From Parcubacteria group bacterium (GTDB lineage Bacteria > Patescibacteriota > Minisyncoccia > Moranbacterales > UBA2206): a stretch of 64,000 nt of DNA. Every line of letters starts with the position of its first letter. Within the stretch, counting starts at the first letter, position 1. The stretch spans positions 28,813-92,812 of the forward strand of contig JBAZBJ010000003.1 in the NCBI GenBank assembly GCA_041671525.1. The letters run 5' to 3'. Position numbers and translations under genes: made by a program. The notes beneath the pieces were generated by a model. That model did not search any database. It was not told the DNA's origin and was given only the letters and a program-made list of their open reading frames with translations. Shown piece after piece: positions 9,258-18,530 of the stretch.

Positions 9258-9875
9258 TTAATCGATTACCAACGGCACAAAATAGAAACCCGGAAACTCT
9301 TCTTTGTAAAATTCTGTTTCACTTTTTTTCTCCAGATAGATGATGCTGTTGCGGATCGGCATCACCAATTTTCCACCGATGACCAATTGGTCTTTCAGTT
9401 CTTGCGGAATCTCATAGGAAACTGCCGAAACCATAATCCGATCAAAGGGCGCTTTGTCGGCACAGCCCTTGCTACCATCCCCATCATAAAATTCCGCAAT
9501 GCCTTTTTTGATAAAACCGAACTTTTCCGCGTTTTTCTTCCCAAAATCATTGAGCTCTTTGATTCTTTCAATCCCGATCACCTTGCCCTCACTGCCAACC
9601 ATATACGCCAGTAAGGACGTCGTCCAACCTGAGCCACTGCCGACATCCAGCACTCTGTGTCCTCTTTGCACGTCCAGCAATTCCAGCATAAAGGCCACCA
9701 CCAACGGTTGTGAAATTGTTTGACCAAACCCGATCGGCAAGGCAATGTCTTGTTCAGCCTCCAACTCCAGCTCTCTGGGCACAAATTCCATCCGGCTGAT
9801 TTCCGAAAAAGCATCGATGACTAAATCGCTTTTGAGATACCCCTTGGTCATCAAATCATTGACTAGTTTACTCAT
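9258..9875 (-). CDS. pcm: Protein-L-isoaspartate O-methyltransferase
   Basis: GQTISQP and the SAM motif VLDVGSGSGW. Confidence 0.9.
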   Translation of the reverse strand: MSKLVNDLMTKGYLKSDLVIDAFSEISRMEFVPRELELEAEQDIALPIGFGQTISQPLVVAFMLELLDVQRGHRVLDVGSGSGWTTSLLAYMVGSEGKVIGIERIKELNDFGKKNAEKFGFIKKGIAEFYDGDGSKGCADKAPFDRIMVSAVSYEIPQELKDQLVIGGKLVMPIRNSIIYLEKKSETEFYKEEFPGFYFVPLVID

Positions 9876-10312
9876 AGGCCGATCACTTGCACGACAATCT
9901 CGCGAGTCCGAGCGCCGTCCATTTCCGCTAAAAATATATTTTGTTTCTCCGTCAAAAGCATTTTTCCTTTTTCAATCGGCACAGTTTCACTGATCTTTAA
10001 AAGCAAAGTTTTGCAATGCGAGTGTCCGTTGCTGCGCCCGTCGGACGTTTTGGAGCGTCCAATTTCAAACAAATCATGTGAATAGCGATCCGTCACCGGC
10101 ACCAAACGATACAAGACGCGCATAAAATCTTGGATGAGCATCGGCTCATTGTGATTGATCACAATGCCCGCCGAAGTGTGCGGCGAATACACCAGCACTT
10201 GCCCTTCGCGGATGCCGGAATTATGCACAACCTCGTCCACCTTGTCAGTGATGTCGACAAATTCAATCTGGCTGGTGCTTTTAATTTCGATGTTTTGTTT
10301 GTATATTTTCAT
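9872..10312 (-). CDS. yjbQ: YjbQ/UPF0047 family (secondary thiamine-phosphate synthase enzyme)
   Basis: VLVYSPHTSAGIVINHNEP and SHCKTLL motifs. The gene overlaps pcm by 4 nt. Confidence 0.85.
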   Translation of the reverse strand: MKIYKQNIEIKSTSQIEFVDITDKVDEVVHNSGIREGQVLVYSPHTSAGIVINHNEPMLIQDFMRVLYRLVPVTDRYSHDLFEIGRSKTSDGRSNGHSHCKTLLLKISETVPIEKGKMLLTEKQNIFLAEMDGARTREIVVQVIGL

Positions 10313-10313
10313 A

Positions 10314-10403
10314 CCCTACGAATTACGAATGCGCTACGCTTTACGAATGTACGAATTACGAAAAAAATATTCGTACATTCGTAAAAGTTCGTAATTCGTA
10401 GGG
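10314..10403. repeat. Heptamer-periodic hairpin element, TACGAAT subfamily
   Basis: CCCTACGAATTACGAAT...TTCGTAATTCGTAGGG. It fills the gap between the malic enzyme stop and the yjbQ start. Confidence 0.8.
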
Positions 10404-10409
10404 ACATTC

Positions 10410-11528
10410 CTATTTAAAAACTTTAGCAACGACAGATGCCGCCCTTTTATCTAAAGCTCCTACGATTATTTTATCACTAGTTGGCTTTTTCAACAAACCG
10501 GCAATGGCCTTGGCCGCCTTCAACTTATGCTCATCCGTGATTTTTGTCGTGCGCACGTCCAAGGCCCCGCGAAAAATGCCCGGAAACACCAAGACGTTGT
10601 TGATCTGGTTGGGATATTTGGAACTACCAGTGGCCACAATTTGTGCGCCGCCTTTTTTCGCTTCCTCGACGCTGATTTCCGGAATAGGATTACTCATAGC
10701 AAAAATGATGGCTTTCTTGTTCATCTTGCGCACATCATCTTTGGTCAAAATGTTCGGCGCCGAAACGCCGATGAAAACATCTGCCCCCACCAGCGCGTGA
10801 TGCAGCATGCCCATGACGTTGTGGATGTTGGTGAAATGCAACAGTTCTTTTTTGGCTTCGTTCAAACCCTCGCGCTCCCTGTGGATAATACCTTGGCTGT
10901 CGGCCAGGATGATATTTTTAGCACCATACTTATAGAGCAGTTTGGTGATGGCGATGCCGGCCGCCCCCGCGCCGGAAATCACGATTTTTATTTTCTTCAC
11001 ATCTTTTTTGACCACTTTCAAAGCGTTGATGAGTCCCGCCAACACCACAATCGCCGTGCCATGCTGATCATCGTGAAACACCGGGATGTCCAGTTCCTTT
11101 TTCAGCCGTTCTTCAATTTCAAAACAGCGCGGCGCGGAAATGTCCTCCAGATTGATGCCACCAAAAGTCGGTGCGATCGCTTTCACAATCTTGATAATCT
11201 CTTCCGTGTCTTGCGTGTCCAGCACGATCGGAAACGCATCCACCCCGCCCAATTCTTTAAACAGCAACGCCTTGCCCTCCATGACCGGCAGCGCCCCTAA
11301 TGCCCCCAGATTCCCCAAGCCCAAAACGGCCGAGCCATCAGAAACCACCGCCACGGAGTTTTTACGGATCGTATATTCAAACGCCAGCTTCTTGTTCTTG
11401 GCCACCGCCAACGACACAGCCGCCACCCCCGGCGTATACAAAACCGGCAAAGTTTCCTTCGTCAGTTTCTTCTTCGATCGCACCTCGATCTTCCCACCGA
11501 GCTGTTTGGAGAGCTGTATTGAATTCAT
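10410..11528 (-). CDS. NAD(P)-dependent malic enzyme, short form
   Basis: LYTPGVA, FHDDQHGTA and the GAGAAG Rossmann motif. Confidence 0.9.
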   Translation of the reverse strand: MNSIQLSKQLGGKIEVRSKKKLTKETLPVLYTPGVAAVSLAVAKNKKLAFEYTIRKNSVAVVSDGSAVLGLGNLGALGALPVMEGKALLFKELGGVDAFPIVLDTQDTEEIIKIVKAIAPTFGGINLEDISAPRCFEIEERLKKELDIPVFHDDQHGTAIVVLAGLINALKVVKKDVKKIKIVISGAGAAGIAITKLLYKYGAKNIILADSQGIIHREREGLNEAKKELLHFTNIHNVMGMLHHALVGADVFIGVSAPNILTKDDVRKMNKKAIIFAMSNPIPEISVEEAKKGGAQIVATGSSKYPNQINNVLVFPGIFRGALDVRTTKITDEHKLKAAKAIAGLLKKPTSDKIIVGALDKRAASVVAKVFK

Positions 11529-11543
11529 ACAAGTAATTGCAAT

Positions 11544-11873
11544 TTACATCGCACTAACTATAAATAATATAAATAAAACGCCTATGTTTATTATCACTAC
11601 CTCCAACCAATAAGTAAAAGTTTTTTTATTATTATCCAATTTTATAACAGCCTTATTCCTTCTATAATCAAATAAATCACGCAATGTCAATGCTATAAAG
11701 TAAAGACCGTAGATCATCGCACAGAAACCTAAATAACCAAATCTAAAACATACTGAATCAACTCTGCTATCGACTAATAGATCACATGACTGTGGCGTAT
11801 AGTGATAAATAATAGGCATCACTATTGAGAGTAAAAATATACCTACTAAAAATCTAATAAAAATCCCTTTCAT
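11544..11873 (-). CDS. Hypothetical membrane protein
   Basis: Three hydrophobic segments. No recognisable family. Confidence 0.4.
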   Translation of the reverse strand: MKGIFIRFLVGIFLLSIVMPIIYHYTPQSCDLLVDSRVDSVCFRFGYLGFCAMIYGLYFIALTLRDLFDYRRNKAVIKLDNNKKTFTYWLEVVIINIGVLFILFIVSAM

Positions 11874-11889
11874 TTTTTTGTTTTATGGA

Positions 11890-12819
11890 TTATTTTTTAC
11901 TCAATTTCAATTTCCGATACAAACTGCCAGCTGCCACCGCTCCTTCGGCGACGGCGGTGATGATTTGGCGGAATTTGTTGGATCCGGTCGTCACGTCGCC
12001 GGCGGCGAAGACCATGTCCACGTTGGTCGCTTGAGTCTGATCAACCACAATATAGCTTTGTTCATCCAGCGCCACGCCCAGATTCTGCGCGATGGTCACG
12101 CCCGGCGTGGTACCCACTTCAATGAAAACGCCTTGCACTGACAACCCCTTTTCTCCCGGCGCGTCCAGTTCTTCATAGACGATGCCAGTCACTTTTTCGT
12201 CACCCTTGATTTCTTTGATATTTTTACAGCAAAACATTTCTATTTTCGGATTAGCTTTCAATTGTTCCGCCCAAGAAGGCTCCCAATTGCAAGGTTCGCG
12301 GTACAGAAGATAAACTTTGTTGGCAAATTCTGTCAGATGGATGGTTGCGGTCGCCGCCGCGTCGCCGCCACCGACGACCACCACGTCTTTCCCGCGAAAA
12401 AACATTGCGTCGCAGGTCGCGCAATAGGACACGCCCTTGCCGATGAATTTGTCCTCGCCCGGCACATTCATTTTGCGCGCCTTCATACCCAAGGCCAGAA
12501 TGATGCTTTTGGCCTGATATATTTCTGTGCCAGCTTTGATTTCAAAACCTTCTGCATTTTTCACCACTGACGACACGTCCGATTCAACGATCTGCGCGCC
12601 CAGATGATGCGCGTGATGCTGGAATTTTTCCATCAAGGTTTTGCCGGGAATGGAAATTTCGCCGGCCCAGTTTTCAATTTCGGAAGCCTCCGTCACCTGC
12701 CCGCCGATTTCATTGCCAATGACCAAATGCTCCAATTTGTAGCGCGAAGCATAAATCGAAGCCCCCAGCCCCGCCGGACCAGCACCAACAATGATTAAAT
12801 CATAAATTTTGTCTGCCAT
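11890..12819 (-). CDS. trxB: Thioredoxin-disulfide reductase
   Basis: GAGPAG FAD motif, CATCD redox centre, GGGDAA NADPH motif. Confidence 0.92.
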   Translation of the reverse strand: MADKIYDLIIVGAGPAGLGASIYASRYKLEHLVIGNEIGGQVTEASEIENWAGEISIPGKTLMEKFQHHAHHLGAQIVESDVSSVVKNAEGFEIKAGTEIYQAKSIILALGMKARKMNVPGEDKFIGKGVSYCATCDAMFFRGKDVVVVGGGDAAATATIHLTEFANKVYLLYREPCNWEPSWAEQLKANPKIEMFCCKNIKEIKGDEKVTGIVYEELDAPGEKGLSVQGVFIEVGTTPGVTIAQNLGVALDEQSYIVVDQTQATNVDMVFAAGDVTTGSNKFRQIITAVAEGAVAAGSLYRKLKLSKK

Positions 12820-12830
12820 AGTTGTATTTC

Positions 12831-13160
12831 TTATGCGTTACTTAGAGCCTCTTTCAATGCGTCAACGTTTTGCACGCCGACAAATTCTTTGACCACTTTG
12901 CCGCCTTTGAAAATCTTCAACGCCGGAATCGACATAATGCCATATTTTTGCGCAGTCTCGGAGTGCTCATCGACATTGATTTTCCCCACCTTAGCCCTGC
13001 CCTCCATCTGCTTAGCCAGATCCTCAATGATCGGTCCCATCATCTGGCACGGCCCGCACCACGGCGCCCAAAAATCCACCAGCACTGCCTTGTCGCTTTT
13101 GAGAACTTCTTGATCAAAATTTTGATCGGTAAGTGTTACTTCCATATTTTTTGGCTGCAA
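12831..13160 (-). CDS. trxA: Thioredoxin
   Basis: WCGPC active site, 109 aa. Confidence 0.92.
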   Translation of the reverse strand: MQPKNMEVTLTDQNFDQEVLKSDKAVLVDFWAPWCGPCQMMGPIIEDLAKQMEGRAKVGKINVDEHSETAQKYGIMSIPALKIFKGGKVVKEFVGVQNVDALKEALSNA

Positions 13161-13181
13161 TTGCAGCGTATTAAAAAATTA

Positions 13182-14282
13182 TTATAACCACTCGCTCAAT
13201 AGATAGACGCCGATGAAAAGCATCACCGCCCCGGCGACCGCGTGCAGAAGTTTGACATTATTTTTTCTGATTTCATCCAGCTTGCCTAGTTTCAGACCAA
13301 AATACATGCCCAGAGTGATCAATACCATCGGCAGGACAAATATAAAATTATACAAGAACAGCAACGAAATGGTCCGTGACAAGTTTTCTTTTTCCGCCAA
13401 AAGTCCCAACACTACGATGTATGGTCCGCTGGTGCAGGGCAGCAGAAAAAGACTCACCAAAAATCCGGCGCCCAACGCTCCGAGCGGACTGGTCACGTGT
13501 TTCAGGATCGCTTGCATTTTTGGCCGCCAGCTGAAAGGCACTTCCATCACGAAAAATTTTCCGTGCCAAAAGGCGTCCTTCAGATTGGCCAGCCCGATGA
13601 GGATCGCGATGACGCCCACCACGATGGAAATTATTTGCGGCAGATTAAAAACTGTGATTGTTTTATAAAGTCCCAGCCCCATCAAGAAGTACGATATAAA
13701 AACGGAAAGTGAGAACAATAACCCGGCCATCAAAGCTCTGCGCTTCCCGCTGGAAGAAAGCACCGTAGCAACCAACAGAATCAAGACGGCGAACGCGCAA
13801 GGGTTGATCGCGTCAACCAAGGCCGCACCGACCAAAATCGGCAAAGAGATATTCGCGGATTCTCCTGCAGGAACCGTTGCGCCTGCTTTTTTCTGCTGCT
13901 CTAGTGCGCTTTTCAGTGATTCCGGATCGGGAAAATTCGCCGCTTCAACCGCCTCGATGTCCCGCACAAAATTATCAATAATTGATTGGTCGCCAATCAG
14001 CATTTTTGTATCGAAAAAAATGACCGGATAACCTCTTTTTTCCGACTCAACACCGAAGGCGTCAAAAAATTTGTTCAACTGACTGAAATTTTCCGGACTG
14101 TCCACCACGACCTTCTTGATTTCATATTTGTCATAAATTCCATTGCTCTGGAAATATTCATTAACCTTGACGCAATGCACGCAAGTTTCACTGTAAAAAT
14201 ACAAAGCCTTCTTTTGCGGTGTTTGCGCAGCCACAGCTAATGGCATGATCAGAATCATTAAAAATAGAATTGCCTTTTTCAT
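13182..14282 (-). CDS. CcdA/DsbD-like thiol-disulfide transporter with an N-terminal thioredoxin-like domain
   Basis: Signal peptide, CVHC motif, and a DsbD-type TM core (DAINPCAFAVL, LPCTSGP). Confidence 0.8.
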   Translation of the reverse strand: MKKAILFLMILIMPLAVAAQTPQKKALYFYSETCVHCVKVNEYFQSNGIYDKYEIKKVVVDSPENFSQLNKFFDAFGVESEKRGYPVIFFDTKMLIGDQSIIDNFVRDIEAVEAANFPDPESLKSALEQQKKAGATVPAGESANISLPILVGAALVDAINPCAFAVLILLVATVLSSSGKRRALMAGLLFSLSVFISYFLMGLGLYKTITVFNLPQIISIVVGVIAILIGLANLKDAFWHGKFFVMEVPFSWRPKMQAILKHVTSPLGALGAGFLVSLFLLPCTSGPYIVVLGLLAEKENLSRTISLLFLYNFIFVLPMVLITLGMYFGLKLGKLDEIRKNNVKLLHAVAGAVMLFIGVYLLSEWL

Positions 14283-14291
14283 AATTTTTTA

Positions 14292-14391
14292 CTACTACAA
14301 ATTTGCAAATCAAGTACAAATCTGCAAATCACTTGTTTTAATTTTTTTTGGAACATTTGTAAATTTGTAAAAGATTTGTATATTTGTAGGG
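14292..14391. repeat. Heptamer-periodic hairpin element, TACAAAT subfamily, no cargo
   Basis: The arms CTACTACAAATTTGCAAATCAAGTACAAATCTGCAAAT and ATTTGTAAATTTGTAAAAGATTTGTATATTTGTAGGG closely match the arms flanking the GxxExxY gene at 30638-31092. Confidence 0.8.
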
Positions 14392-15105
14392 TTATTTCCC
14401 GAATCTTCTTTGCCTCCGCGCGTACTCATCCAGCGCTTCTTGAAATCTTTCCGGTCCGAAATCCGGATACATTTCTTCGGCAAAATAGAGTTGCGCATCA
14501 GCCGTTTCCCACATCATAAAACCGGCGCTGTTGTGAGGCTCTCCCCCTGTGCGGATAAGATAATCCACAGTTGGCACGTCCCGCGTCATCAGATTGGCTT
14601 TGATCACCTCACTGGTAATTTTCAAGCCTTTCTCACAATTGTTCACGATGTTTTGAACGGCTTGTAGCATATCATCATCGCCTTCATACGCCAGCATAAA
14701 ATTCAACATTTTCTTTTGGTAATGTTTGGTTCTCTCTATCCCTTCTTGTAAAATTTTCTTCAATGATTCCGGAAACTGCTCCTCCCAACGCCCGATAATG
14801 CTAATGCGCGTTTCATTCTCGTGAATTTCCGCGCCATCAATCAGCTTTTTAAAATATTTTTCATAAATCCCCAAAAGAGCCATTTTTTCGCTCATGGAAC
14901 GTTTGTTCAGATTATCCAAAGATGATCCCCAAAACGTGATACAATCAATCCCCTGATTCAGGGCAAAGCGCACCAGTTTTTCCGTATTCTTGGCGCCTTC
15001 CTCGTGTCCATCCCACGGCTCCAGTCCTTTACCTTTCGCCCAACGGCGATTGCCATCCGGAATGATGGCGACATGCTTGGGCAAATTTTGCGTTTCTTTA
15101 TCCAT
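14392..15105 (-). CDS. uppS: Undecaprenyl-diphosphate synthase (isoprenyl transferase)
   Basis: HVAIIPDGNRRWA and RTGGEPHNSAGFMMWE motifs. Confidence 0.92.
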   Translation of the reverse strand: MDKETQNLPKHVAIIPDGNRRWAKGKGLEPWDGHEEGAKNTEKLVRFALNQGIDCITFWGSSLDNLNKRSMSEKMALLGIYEKYFKKLIDGAEIHENETRISIIGRWEEQFPESLKKILQEGIERTKHYQKKMLNFMLAYEGDDDMLQAVQNIVNNCEKGLKITSEVIKANLMTRDVPTVDYLIRTGGEPHNSAGFMMWETADAQLYFAEEMYPDFGPERFQEALDEYARRQRRFGK

Positions 15106-15164
15106 GTGTGAATATTACTCTAAATTTAAAAAGTGGGCAATCGGAAAATTCAACCAAAAACAGC

Positions 15165-16238
15165 CTACAATTCCCGCTCAATCATGTAATCCGCGATGTC
15201 GTTCAAAAAATCCTTAGCTTCTTTGCTGATTTGCACTTTTTCGAGTTCTTGCTTGGCTCTCAAAACCAACCCATGTGACAACTTTTTGGCATATTCATAG
15301 GCACCGGTTGCCTGCATGATATCCTGAAATTTTTCAATATCATCTTTGGACAAATCCGTTTTGCCCAACAACGCATCCAGAATTTTTCGCTGCGTCCGAT
15401 CAGCTTTGGCTTTGGCTCGCGCCACCAGTAGCGTCTGCTTGCCTTCGATGATGTCTGCCCCAACTTTCTTGCCGAGTTTCTGCTCCGACCCAAAAATCCC
15501 CAACAGATCGTCTTGGATCTGAAAAGCGGTACCCAATGGAATCGCATATTGACTCAAGCCTTTGATGATTTCTTCTTTGGCGCCGCCCAGAATCGCGCCC
15601 AGATGCAGCGGTCCTTCCACCGTATATTTGGCCGTCTTGTTCTCATACATTTTCAGAATATCCTTTTCCGTCGCCTTGCCCCGATATTCAATATAGATGT
15701 CCTGTGATTGTCCGATAACGGTCAGGGAAACGATGGTCTGCAATTTCGCCAGCGCCTGCATGATTCGTTCCGGCTTGAACTGTGACTCAAAAATAATCTG
15801 ATTGCCCAATGCGCCGACCATGTCACCGATGATGATCGCCATGGAATTGCCAAAATGTTCAAAGTCCTTATTTTTAAAAAGTTTTTTTCCCAAGTTTTCA
15901 TAGCGCACATGCACCGCGTCGATGCCGTGCCGCGTGTCATCGCGATCCATAATATCATCATGGATCAACAAAAAAATATGGATCAGCTCCATGCTCACCG
16001 CCGCCCGGAGCATCTTCTCTTTTTCTTTGCCGCCCGACGCAAGATAACCGAAATACATGAAAGCCGGCCGCAGTCTTTTCCCGCCCGCCATGACCAATTT
16101 TTTGACATACTTGATCGATTCAGCCATGACCGCATCGCGTTTGGCCGTTTCTTTGATTATCCGATCGAGATACTTTTCAATCTCCACGTCGATTTTCCGC
16201 TTAAAATCCTCCAGTGCCGCCAATTTACCCATACCCAA
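15165..16238 (-). CDS. Polyprenyl diphosphate synthase (trans-IPPS family)
   Basis: First DDxxD (LIHDDIMD) and second (QIQDDLLG) aspartate-rich motifs. Confidence 0.88.
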   Translation of the reverse strand: MGMGKLAALEDFKRKIDVEIEKYLDRIIKETAKRDAVMAESIKYVKKLVMAGGKRLRPAFMYFGYLASGGKEKEKMLRAAVSMELIHIFLLIHDDIMDRDDTRHGIDAVHVRYENLGKKLFKNKDFEHFGNSMAIIIGDMVGALGNQIIFESQFKPERIMQALAKLQTIVSLTVIGQSQDIYIEYRGKATEKDILKMYENKTAKYTVEGPLHLGAILGGAKEEIIKGLSQYAIPLGTAFQIQDDLLGIFGSEQKLGKKVGADIIEGKQTLLVARAKAKADRTQRKILDALLGKTDLSKDDIEKFQDIMQATGAYEYAKKLSHGLVLRAKQELEKVQISKEAKDFLNDIADYMIEREL

Positions 16239-16323
16239 AGCTTATAATTTACGTACCCCCATTTTACCTCAAATCCGGAAAAAATCAAAAAACCGCCAGG
16301 TGATGGATTATTTCGAAAAAATC

Positions 16324-17988
16324 CTAAAAATCCAACAATTTTTTGAAATCAGTCTGCATGATTTCCGCTTGATTACTTTCCTTACTCTTGGCCAATTTTC
16401 TAAGTTTATTTTTTATTTCCTTAACTCTTTTTTCCGCCTCTTCCAAGGGCTCATCTTTTGTGGAATATAAATCTTCGGAAACCAATTCTTGCAAAACCCT
16501 TAAACCATCCCTGATTTCATTAATTTTGCTAATTTGTTCTTCACTTAAATCTTTTATTTGCGAAATATCCTCATTTTCATCGCCAGCAATTAGCCGCATC
16601 AAAAATTTATTGCGCGTGTTGTCCGTTAGCCTTTCAAGAAAATCCAAAATGTGATAATAACGTATTTTAACTTTATTATCTTCAAACTCCACTTCCTCAT
16701 TTTCAATTTTTGGACCATTTAAGCATAGGAAAATAACTTCTCCACCTTGGGGATATTCCTTACTTATAATTTTTGAATAATTTCTTCTATCTTTCTCAAT
16801 GTTCCCAGAGATGGTTTGTAATTTAACATCGATAATTAATGCTTTTTTATCTCCTTCAAAAAATAGATCTGGTTTTCTGCGATTAAAATTTTTTTCGATA
16901 TATAAATTTTTATTGTTAGCGATTTTCAATATATTTTCGATTGAATATTGCAAGGCTAGCCCTTTATTGAAATAGATGCTTTCAATTTTCTCAGGAAATA
17001 ACATCTTCATCATTTTGTGATATTTTGTTTCATCATCTCCAGATTCCTTTTTAACAAAGCTCTTGAATGCGATATAAAACGAATTTGCACCATTTTCAAT
17101 ATATTCCTTGTCTCTGAATATTCTATTAATGGATACGTTGTGCCATTCTGGATGTTGATCCCATTCTAATTTATAGTCATCAAATATGTAGTCCTTGCGA
17201 TATATTAATTTTGGTGGAAAAAAATGTTCAATAATTTCCTTGCGTCTTTTCTCGTCTCCACCTGATTCCCTTTCGGCAAAATCAAACAATGCATTATAAA
17301 ACGATCTTCCTCCATCTTTAATAATTTTCTTATCCTTTGTTATTTTGTGAGTAGAAATTCCATGCCATTCCGGATGTTGATTCCATTCTTTGATATAATC
17401 GTTAAATGTGTACTCTTTGCGCTCCACATACCTAGGTGGAAAAAAATGTTCAATAATTTCCTTGCGTCTTTTCTCGTCTCCACCTGATTTTCCTTTAGCA
17501 AAAGAAGCAAGCGCCACATAAAAAGATTTTCCACCGTTCTCAATATTTTTATTGTCCGTTCTTATTTGATTGATGGATATTTCATGCCATTCCGGATGTT
17601 GATTCCATTCTTTGACATAATCACTAAGCCTGTAGCTTTTACGCTCTACATATCTAGATGGAAAAAAACGCTCAATAATTTCCTTACGTTTTTTTTCATC
17701 TCCGCCTGATTCTTTTTTAGCAAAAGAAAGCAATTCCCTATAAAATAACCCCCCGACATCTTTAATTTCTTCCTTTTTTTGTATTTCATGAGTAGATAGC
17801 CCGTGCCACTCAGGATGCTCTTCCCATTCCCTTTCAAAGTCAGTAGATTTGTAATTTTTTTTATTTATTCTCTGGTTTGATTTTTCTTCAAATTCTACTG
17901 AATTATTTTCTTTTTCCCCATTTTTAATCTCCGGGCTTCCGTTTGCCCTTAGCGGTTGCGGAAAACTAGGTCTAGCTTCGTTAAACAT
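16324..17988 (-). CDS. Tandem-repeat protein (4 repeats of about 74 aa) with a PD-(D/E)xK-like C-terminal region and a coiled-coil tail
   Basis: Repeats contain EWxQHPEWHxIS...GGxSFY...SGGDEKRRKEIIEHFFP with a DNA period of about 222 nt. The C-terminus has RKPDLFF...ALIIDVKLQ. Confidence 0.6.
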   Translation of the reverse strand: MFNEARPSFPQPLRANGSPEIKNGEKENNSVEFEEKSNQRINKKNYKSTDFEREWEEHPEWHGLSTHEIQKKEEIKDVGGLFYRELLSFAKKESGGDEKKRKEIIERFFPSRYVERKSYRLSDYVKEWNQHPEWHEISINQIRTDNKNIENGGKSFYVALASFAKGKSGGDEKRRKEIIEHFFPPRYVERKEYTFNDYIKEWNQHPEWHGISTHKITKDKKIIKDGGRSFYNALFDFAERESGGDEKRRKEIIEHFFPPKLIYRKDYIFDDYKLEWDQHPEWHNVSINRIFRDKEYIENGANSFYIAFKSFVKKESGDDETKYHKMMKMLFPEKIESIYFNKGLALQYSIENILKIANNKNLYIEKNFNRRKPDLFFEGDKKALIIDVKLQTISGNIEKDRRNYSKIISKEYPQGGEVIFLCLNGPKIENEEVEFEDNKVKIRYYHILDFLERLTDNTRNKFLMRLIAGDENEDISQIKDLSEEQISKINEIRDGLRVLQELVSEDLYSTKDEPLEEAEKRVKEIKNKLRKLAKSKESNQAEIMQTDFKKLLDF

Positions 17989-18058
17989 ATCCTGATTTTT
18001 ACATTTTTACCTTCCTATTGTACCAATTCCCAGACAAAAACCCAAATAAAAAAAGAGG

Positions 18059-18412
18059 CTAGCATGTGCCAGCCCCTTTTGCCTTCTTTTCTAGGATCTC
18101 CTTCAGATCCTGCATTGCCCGCACGGTTTTGCGGGAAGGATTTCTTCTCTTGTAGAGGTCCCATTCCTGCAATGGACCCTTATTAACTATTCGGAAAACT
18201 TTGAACTTGAAGGGGAACGCCTTCTTGTTCTTCTGCAGAAAAGAAACAAACTCGAATTTTACTTCCCAGACATTGTGCTCCTTGCCTTTGTTGTCCTTGA
18301 GAATCATCTGATTCTCCGCTGTCCCCTCGCCTCTCTTGGCAAGTTCTACAGCCAATGCCTCATTGGTGAAAGCATCACCTTCAATAAACCACCGCGTTAA
18401 TTTTCCTTTCAC
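18059..18412 (-). CDS. Orphan hypothetical protein, 117 aa, GTG start
   Basis: AGGAGGA lies 8 nt upstream of the GTG. The gene has its own promoter and terminator hairpin. No family recognised. Confidence 0.55.
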   Translation of the reverse strand: MKGKLTRWFIEGDAFTNEALAVELAKRGEGTAENQMILKDNKGKEHNVWEVKFEFVSFLQKNKKAFPFKFKVFRIVNKGPLQEWDLYKRRNPSRKTVRAMQDLKEILEKKAKGAGTC

Positions 18413-18491
18413 GAATTTATCCTCCTATTTTGATTGGCCTTGAAAAAGGCCATAATTTATAATAAAAAACAATCCTCAACTGTGATTGTTC

Positions 18492-18520
18492 ATTATACTC
18501 CTATTTAACAATTTTGTCAA
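18492..18520 (-). promoter_or_regulatory. Consensus sigma-70-type promoter
   Basis: Minus strand reads TTGACA-N17-TATAAT. The downstream leader ACAATCACAGT is shared with the promoter at 25117-25145. Confidence 0.55.
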
Positions 18521-18530
18521 TGCCCAAACA

